DNA of 38,479 bases from positions 1 to 38,479 of the forward strand of contig CALKUN010000033.1 of the NCBI GenBank assembly GCA_937996675.1. Reading direction: 5' to 3'. This DNA is from an uncultured Candidatus Saccharibacteria bacterium. GTDB lineage: Bacteria > Patescibacteriota > Saccharimonadia > CAILAD01 > GCA-016700035. Both the position numbers and the translations under genes were made by a program. Position 1 is the first letter of the stretch; each line of letters opens with the position of its first letter. The notes below the pieces were generated by a model. The model ran no database searches and was not told the origin of the DNA. It saw nothing but the letters and a program-made list of their open reading frames with translations. Of the stretch, positions 33,733 through 38,479 are shown one piece after another.

Positions 33733-34565
33733 CCTACTCACGGACACTCATCTGGTGCTACGTGCCGGTGATCCATGAGGGATACCTGCGTTGGTTCGCG
33801 GAACACCCCGGAGCCGATATCGCAATCGTCACACAGTCGGACATCCTGGATCAGCGCTACCTCGTCAAGGACATTCGCCGGCTTCATCCGAACAAAGCGC
33901 AAGCCATGCTGGCCCGCATCTTGAACGTACGGGTGATGACCGTGGGCAAGGACGAGATGCAGCATCTCGTTCGTGGCTACAGTAATGTGGTCATGCCGGA
34001 CGAGCCGATCATGCACGAGCTGTGGTCCACTGTGATGACAGACATTCCAGCCGAGTTTCGGCCGGTGTTCCTGCGCTGGCATAGGGACAATATCCTGCTG
34101 GAATCTCAACCAGCCAGCACAGGCCCCGTTAGCGAAGCGCACGGTGCGTTTTGGGTCGAGGCACAAAGACTCGCTCGGCAAAGCCCGGATTGGTGGCGAC
34201 AGATTGGTTGCTGTGTCGTTCGCGACGGAGAAATCCTGGTCGGTGGGTACAACCACCCACTCCCATCTACCGAGACGGTGCTCTTCCAGGGCGATCCTCG
34301 TGCTGTCTTCAACAAGGGCGTACACCTCGACCTGTCCAGCTTCGTCCACGGCGAAGCGAGTGTGATCAGTCAGGCGGCTCGACACGGTATCGCACTGGAG
34401 GGGACCGACATGTACGTCACCACTTTTCCATGTCCTCCTTGTGCCAAGCTGGTGGCCGAGTCTGGGATCAGCCGCCTCTTCTTTGGCTCCGGCTATTCAG
34501 TCCTAGACGGCAACGAAGTGCTGGCTGCAGCCGGTGTCGAAGTCATAGGGCTGACCATTGAATAA
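33729..34565 (+). CDS. dCMP/CMP deaminase-family protein with an extra ~135-aa N-terminal domain
   Basis: The C-terminal half has HGE (VHGEASVI) and PCxxC (TFPCPPCAKLV). It has an ATGA overlap with the upstream gene. Confidence 0.8.
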   Translation: MTYSRTLIWCYVPVIHEGYLRWFAEHPGADIAIVTQSDILDQRYLVKDIRRLHPNKAQAMLARILNVRVMTVGKDEMQHLVRGYSNVVMPDEPIMHELWSTVMTDIPAEFRPVFLRWHRDNILLESQPASTGPVSEAHGAFWVEAQRLARQSPDWWRQIGCCVVRDGEILVGGYNHPLPSTETVLFQGDPRAVFNKGVHLDLSSFVHGEASVISQAARHGIALEGTDMYVTTFPCPPCAKLVAESGISRLFFGSGYSVLDGNEVLAAAGVEVIGLTIE

Positions 34566-34570
34566 AATAC

Positions 34571-34598
34571 GCCTCCTCACCCCGAAGGGTGAGGAGGC
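34571..34598. terminator. 12-bp GC-rich hairpin between convergent genes
   Basis: GCCTCCTCACCC-CGAA-GGGTGAGGAGGC. Confidence 0.7.
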
Positions 34599-34614
34599 TT
34601 AGTCATTAGCGCTG

Positions 34615-35556
34615 TCAGCGAGGACGACTTCCGAGCTTGACTTTGATGTTTTCAAAGTCAGGGGCATCAACGTCAGGAGAGATGACGTGGCCATGCAGAT
34701 GACCAATGCTCGCACCAGTCAGTGTCATTTCGCCAGCCCGCATGAACTGGGAATAGCCTGTGAGCTTGTAGGAGCGCACAATCCAGTTCACCATCTCGAA
34801 GTACTCCACCATGGCTTCGGGCGACAACGTCGCCGTCGTGACATGATGGCACGTCGGCACGATCAGACAATGCACCTTGGTGTACCTGTACGGGAAGGTG
34901 TTCGGATACACCGACCAGTGCTTGCCGGCCTTAAGCGGCGTATGCCGGAGATTTGGGAAACACATATAGCACTTATCAGCCGCCTGAAGATTCTGCATAT
35001 CTTCCAGCTGCTGCGGCCCGCGAGCTGCAGAAAACTCGTACAGCCGGGAGCCAGCCGGCGCAACACGCACCCAGCGCTGAAAGTACACCATCAGCTTGGC
35101 TTCAACATCCATAACCGGGACATCTTCTCGCATCTCCCACTGCCACAATTCAGTGTCAGGGAACCTCACATCCGCAGGGAAGCTCTCGGCTGCAAACATC
35201 TCGCCGACTCGAGTAATACGCATCTCGGAAGCCATCGGAAGAGCCAGCTCATACAAGCTTGCTCCACCGATGACCCAGACCATCTCGCGTGAGTCACGAA
35301 ATGGCTCAAGAAATGCTTGAGGGTCAGCAACCACCTGAACAGCTTCAGCAACCAAAGGATGTGAGGTCACCACGACGTTGTGGCGATGGGGGAGTGGCCG
35401 GCCGATCGAGTCATAAGTCCTGCGACCCATCACGACCACATGGCCCTCGGTGATCTCACGAAAGTGCCTCATGTCGGACCCAATGCGAGGCCAGGGCAAC
35501 GTGCCCTCGTTACCAATTCCTCGCTGGGAGTCCATCGCAACGATGATGCCGATCAT
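34615..35556 (-). CDS. folA: dihydrofolate reductase fused to a C-terminal HIT (histidine triad) domain
   Basis: The DHFR motifs are IVAMDSQRGIGNEGTLPW and VVMGRRTYDSIGRPLPHRHNVVVTS. The C-terminal ~150 aa end in the histidine triad GHLHGHVIS. The ATG at 35556 forms an ATGA overlap with the thyA stop. Confidence 0.85.
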   Translation of the reverse strand: MIGIIVAMDSQRGIGNEGTLPWPRIGSDMRHFREITEGHVVVMGRRTYDSIGRPLPHRHNVVVTSHPLVAEAVQVVADPQAFLEPFRDSREMVWVIGGASLYELALPMASEMRITRVGEMFAAESFPADVRFPDTELWQWEMREDVPVMDVEAKLMVYFQRWVRVAPAGSRLYEFSAARGPQQLEDMQNLQAADKCYMCFPNLRHTPLKAGKHWSVYPNTFPYRYTKVHCLIVPTCHHVTTATLSPEAMVEYFEMVNWIVRSYKLTGYSQFMRAGEMTLTGASIGHLHGHVISPDVDAPDFENIKVKLGSRPR

Positions 35557-36419
35557 GTCGCCACCGGAATCCCAGGCATGGGTGCGTTGGGGTGATAGCC
35601 ATGCAATTCGAACTGGTCGGCCCGCACCCACTTGATATCGGTCGCGTTGCCGACATACTTCATGAACGGGAGTGGTGGCGAGGATCGCTCATATGCCAGC
35701 TCGTGTGCAGCTGGCAGTTGATCCTCATAGAGATGGGCGTTGACGATGTGGTGATGAAACTCACCCGGGGCATATCCGGTCAAGTGACACAGCGCCAGCG
35801 CGATAGCCGCGTACTGCACCATGTTGGCGGGCACGCCTACGGGTACATCGCCGGATCGCTGCACCATCGTGAGATGGAGCTTGCCATCCAGAATGGTCAC
35901 CTGTACGTGCCCGTGGCAGGGAGCAATGGTGGCTGTCGGCTGATGACCGTAGGCACGCGTCAGATGCCCAGCCTTCCAGTTTGTAATGACATGTGTCTTC
36001 ACTTCGGGGTTGGTCTTGATCTGATCAACGAGTGCGGGCCACTGGTCGAACATCGTGCCGTCAGGGCCGGGGAAATTGGTGAAGACATCGCCGTATGAGC
36101 CGGGACCGATGTCACCAGTCTCAAGGCCGCGTTTGTGACACTTGTTCTCGGAACCCCATGGGTCCCACCAAGTGCAGCCATACGACCGCAGTTCATCGAG
36201 GGTGCGAGCACCGTTGATGAAAGCAACCAGCTCACCGATGGGTGCTTGCCAGAAATTGGCAATGCTCCGCTCGGTGATCATCGGGAATTCTGCGGCGAGG
36301 TTGTACCGCATCGTGAAGTTGAGATACGTCTGCGTCCGAGGACCCTGACGCGTTGGTGACCAGCTGCCGTGCTCAAGAATGGCACGGAGCAGCTGCTGAT
36401 ACTGCGACGGTTCCGTCAT
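35553..36419 (-). CDS. thyA: thymidylate synthase (ThyA family, divergent)
   Basis: The catalytic motif is APCH (IAPCHGHVQV). It also has QRSGDVPVGVPANM and NAHLY. It is translationally coupled to the DHFR gene. Confidence 0.85.
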   Translation of the reverse strand: MTEPSQYQQLLRAILEHGSWSPTRQGPRTQTYLNFTMRYNLAAEFPMITERSIANFWQAPIGELVAFINGARTLDELRSYGCTWWDPWGSENKCHKRGLETGDIGPGSYGDVFTNFPGPDGTMFDQWPALVDQIKTNPEVKTHVITNWKAGHLTRAYGHQPTATIAPCHGHVQVTILDGKLHLTMVQRSGDVPVGVPANMVQYAAIALALCHLTGYAPGEFHHHIVNAHLYEDQLPAAHELAYERSSPPLPFMKYVGNATDIKWVRADQFELHGYHPNAPMPGIPVAT

Positions 36420-36509
36420 ATCTGTATCCTGTTCTGTGAAAGATCGATAGCTCCACCCAATATCCTATCAAAACCCTCGTAGTACTCGAAGCATAAGGAG
36501 AATATTTTA

Positions 36510-36538
36510 TTGACCAACTGCACGTAATCTGTTAAATT
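36510..36538 (+). promoter_or_regulatory. candidate promoter of the rplJL operon
   Basis: TTGACC-17 nt-TAAATT. Confidence 0.45.
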
Positions 36539-36544
36539 ATCTAG

Positions 36545-36697
36545 GTACGAACCGAAGACAGTAGCTGACCCCCGGGTCTTAATCTGCTACCGAGGCCATA
36601 AACACTTCAATATGAATGTTTTCTCGATGTCTTTGGCTGTTCTCCTTGGAGGATAAGTACCAAAGATTTTTTATATCTAAAGAAGAAAAGGTCATTT
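36545..36697 (+). promoter_or_regulatory. structured 5-prime leader of rplJ (L10-leader-like, with an attenuator-like hairpin)
   Basis: The ~150-nt untranslated leader contains CAGTAGC...GCTACCG and GACC-CCCG-GGTC pairings. It also has CTTTGG...CCAAAG followed by ATTTTTTAT about 30 nt before the start codon. Confidence 0.4.
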
Positions 36698-37231
36698 ATG
36701 GCAAAAACCCGCGAACAAAAGACCCAGGATCTACAAAAACTTGTAGACAGTCTTAACAGTTCAAAGCTTGCCGTTCTGACCGACTACCGTGGACTCGACG
36801 TCCCATCGATCAATGAACTGCGAAACACTGGTCGCGAACGAGGCATCCGCTTCGCCGTTGCGAAAAACACCCTTCTCAAGAAGGCTATCAGTGAGAGCAC
36901 CAAAGAAGTCGGTGATATGTCAGTCTTCGTGGGACCTATGGCTGTTGCCTTTGGTGCAGACGAAGTCGAAGCTGCCAAGCTCGTCGTCGAATTTGCCAAG
37001 ACCAATGAAGCTGTCGAAGTACTTGGAGCAATCAATGAGACCGGCGACATTCTGTCAAAAGAACAAGTCATGGCGCTCGCTGCTCTCCCAAGTCGAGATC
37101 AGCTCCTCGCCCAGGTAGTTGGCACGATTGCCGCACCAGTCACCGGATTTGTCCGCGTGATGAATGCCAATCTTTCAGGACTCGTGCAGGTACTGAACGC
37201 AGTAAGAGAAAAGCAAGAAAACGCTGCATAA
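36698..37231 (+). CDS. rplJ: 50S ribosomal protein L10
   Basis: Its position upstream of rplL and the sequence TDYRGLDVPSINELRNTGRERGIRFAVAKNTLL are typical of L10. Confidence 0.93.
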   Translation: MAKTREQKTQDLQKLVDSLNSSKLAVLTDYRGLDVPSINELRNTGRERGIRFAVAKNTLLKKAISESTKEVGDMSVFVGPMAVAFGADEVEAAKLVVEFAKTNEAVEVLGAINETGDILSKEQVMALAALPSRDQLLAQVVGTIAAPVTGFVRVMNANLSGLVQVLNAVREKQENAA

Positions 37232-37253
37232 GTAGCACTTAAGGAGATATATA

Positions 37254-37694
37254 ATGGCTGAAGAAGCAAAAACCGAAGCAGCAGAAGCTGCTGTAGAAGA
37301 AGTAAAGACCGAAGTCCCAGAAAAGTTTGCAAAGATCGTTGCCGAACTCGACAAGATGAGCGTCCTCGACCTCTCAGAGTTCGTTAAGACCCTCGAAGAT
37401 CACTACGGCGTATCTGCCGCAGCTCCAGTAGCTATGGCTGCTGCACCAGCTGCTGGTGGCGAAGCTGCAGCTGCCGAAGAGAAGTCTAGCTTTAACATCT
37501 ACCTTGCTGCCACTGGCGACAAGAAGATCGATGTTATCAAGGCTGTCCGTGAAATCACTGGTCTTGGTTTGGCTGAATCAAAGGGTGTCGTCGATGGCGC
37601 TCCTACGATGGTCAAAGAAGATGCTACCAAGGACGAAGCTGAAGACGCTAAGGGCAAGCTCGAAGCTGCTGGCGCAACTGTCGAACTCCAGTAA
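37254..37694 (+). CDS. rplL: 50S ribosomal protein L7/L12 (with a ~22-aa acidic N-terminal extension)
   Basis: It has [24 protein letters not shown], an Ala-rich hinge and the C-terminal domain [27 protein letters not shown]. Confidence 0.95.
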   Translation: MAEEAKTEAAEAAVEEVKTEVPEKFAKIVAELDKMSVLDLSEFVKTLEDHYGVSAAAPVAMAAAPAAGGEAAAAEEKSSFNIYLAATGDKKIDVIKAVREITGLGLAESKGVVDGAPTMVKEDATKDEAEDAKGKLEAAGATVELQ

Positions 37695-37715
37695 TCTGCT
37701 TACAGGCTCTTCATC

Positions 37716-37744
37716 AAAAACACCCTCATCACGAGGGTGTTTTT
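37716..37744. terminator. intrinsic terminator after rplL
   Basis: AAAAACACCCTC-ATCAC-GAGGGTGTTTTT. Confidence 0.75.
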
Positions 37745-37776
37745 GTGTAAGGTCACCGTGTCGATACCTCTCGTGT

Positions 37777-37806
37777 TTGGCTCATATACGGCTCGCATGA
37801 TATACT
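37777..37806 (+). promoter_or_regulatory. candidate extended -10 promoter
   Basis: TTGGCT-18 nt-TATACT, with TG one base upstream of the -10 (TGATATACT). Confidence 0.35.
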
Positions 37807-37867
37807 CCGGCTAAAGGTGTACAGCTCTGATTACCCTATAAAATACCGACAGAAAGCGAGTGCAGTG

Positions 37868-38407
37868 ATGGTGGCGACAGAAAACAACAACGACGAACGA
37901 CTAGCTGAGCTCATGGCCCAGCTCAAAGCAGCTGAGGACAATATCAAGAATCTCCATTCCCAGCTCAATACGATGGGAGTTCCACCGGAGACTGCTTCGC
38001 CGCGTCCAGCCGCACCGCAACTTGATACTGATGCGCCATCAGTCGGTAAAATCATCGAAGGCGTCTTCGATGGACAGAACATGATGGGCCCTGGCGACAA
38101 GACCTATCCCGTCCCAGCCAACTACGCCTCAAAGTCTAAACTCGTCGAAGGTGACATCCTCAAGCTCACCATCTCAGATGACGGTAGCTTCATTTATAAG
38201 CAAATCGGACCAATCGAGCGCAAGAAGCTCATCGGTAAAGTCGTTCTCCAGGACGGTACATACATGGTCGAGGCTGGCGGCAAGCTCTTCCACGTCCTCT
38301 TCGCGAGCGTCACGTACTTCAAGGCGCAACCGAACGACGAAGTGACCGTCGTCATCCCAGCTGATCGCGATGCTAGCTGGGCCGCAATCGAAGCGGTGAT
38401 TGGGTAA
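37868..38407 (+). CDS. hypothetical protein (179 aa; N-terminal coiled coil, C-terminal beta-rich domain)
   Basis: An ORF with codon usage like its neighbours. The ATG at 37868 is preferred over the GTG at 37817, but no strong RBS supports either start. Confidence 0.55.
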   Translation: MVATENNNDERLAELMAQLKAAEDNIKNLHSQLNTMGVPPETASPRPAAPQLDTDAPSVGKIIEGVFDGQNMMGPGDKTYPVPANYASKSKLVEGDILKLTISDDGSFIYKQIGPIERKKLIGKVVLQDGTYMVEAGGKLFHVLFASVTYFKAQPNDEVTVVIPADRDASWAAIEAVIG

Positions 38408-38479
38408 CATTTACCATGCGACTCACTTCTTAAACGCCTGACTGCGTTTACGAACTAAAAATACCCCTCACCGTACCTC

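Noticed and set aside
35553-36419. ThyA homologue as a dCMP or dUMP hydroxymethylase of a DNA-hypermodification pathway, given the neighbouring deaminase, nucleotidyltransferase and HIT domains.
   Set aside because: The pyrimidine-specificity residue is Asn as in dUMP methylases, not Asp. Tight ATGA coupling to DHFR fits a DHF-producing true thymidylate synthase. No glycosyltransferase, kinase or phage genes accompany it.
38451-38467. CGAAC-TAAAAATACCCC at the window's right end matches CGAAC-caa-TAAAAATACCCC at 9641-9660 beside the integrase. It could be a pair of att-like repeats.
   Set aside because: The pair would bracket 28.8 kb of core-like DNA that includes ribosomal protein genes, and this DNA has the opposite composition to the AT-rich element. 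The match is short and A-rich, it was found post hoc, and the second copy is cut by the window edge. It is worth a genome-wide count, but it is not evidence of a mobile boundary.
1-38479. Looked for CRISPR arrays, rRNA genes, transposase or IS ends and long tandem repeats.
   Set aside because: No regularly spaced direct repeats, no rRNA-like sequence and no transposase motifs were seen. The only repeats found are the short palindromes and terminator twins reported above.

Overview
This is a bacterial chromosomal segment in two compositional parts, and its lineage cannot be assigned from this window alone. Nt 1-9715 are visibly AT-rich: sampled 60-nt lines give about 28-42% G+C, against about 50-58% further right. 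This part reads as the right-hand portion of an integrative element. It holds a five-gene translationally coupled enzyme cassette, a 955-aa membrane-anchored orphan, DUF3768-like and replication-relaxation-like plasmid/ICE genes, an RHH protein and a large serine recombinase. It ends 83 nt from a tRNA-Trp(CCA). The remainder is core-like DNA. It encodes a type IV pilin-like protein, a cupin, a DHA2 MFS transporter and a P2-type cation ATPase. It also holds a divergently arranged carotenoid cluster (crtI-crtE-crtB opposite two lycopene-cyclase-domain subunits and a UbiA-prenyltransferase/GT2 fusion), suggesting a glycosylated C50 pigment. secE-nusG-rplK-rplA and rplJ-rplL are split by a 3.7-kb pyrimidine deoxynucleotide module: a cytidylyltransferase-like gene, an extended dCMP deaminase, thyA and a DHFR-HIT fusion. 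The best candidate for an undescribed system is at 14.2-17.7 kb. There a 64-aa hydrophobic peptide gene is tightly coupled to a fusion of a PqqD/RRE-like domain with an M50-type intramembrane metalloprotease, an ABC ATPase, a 455-aa permease and a small membrane protein. All domain calls rest on motifs read by eye from the translations; no database search was run.
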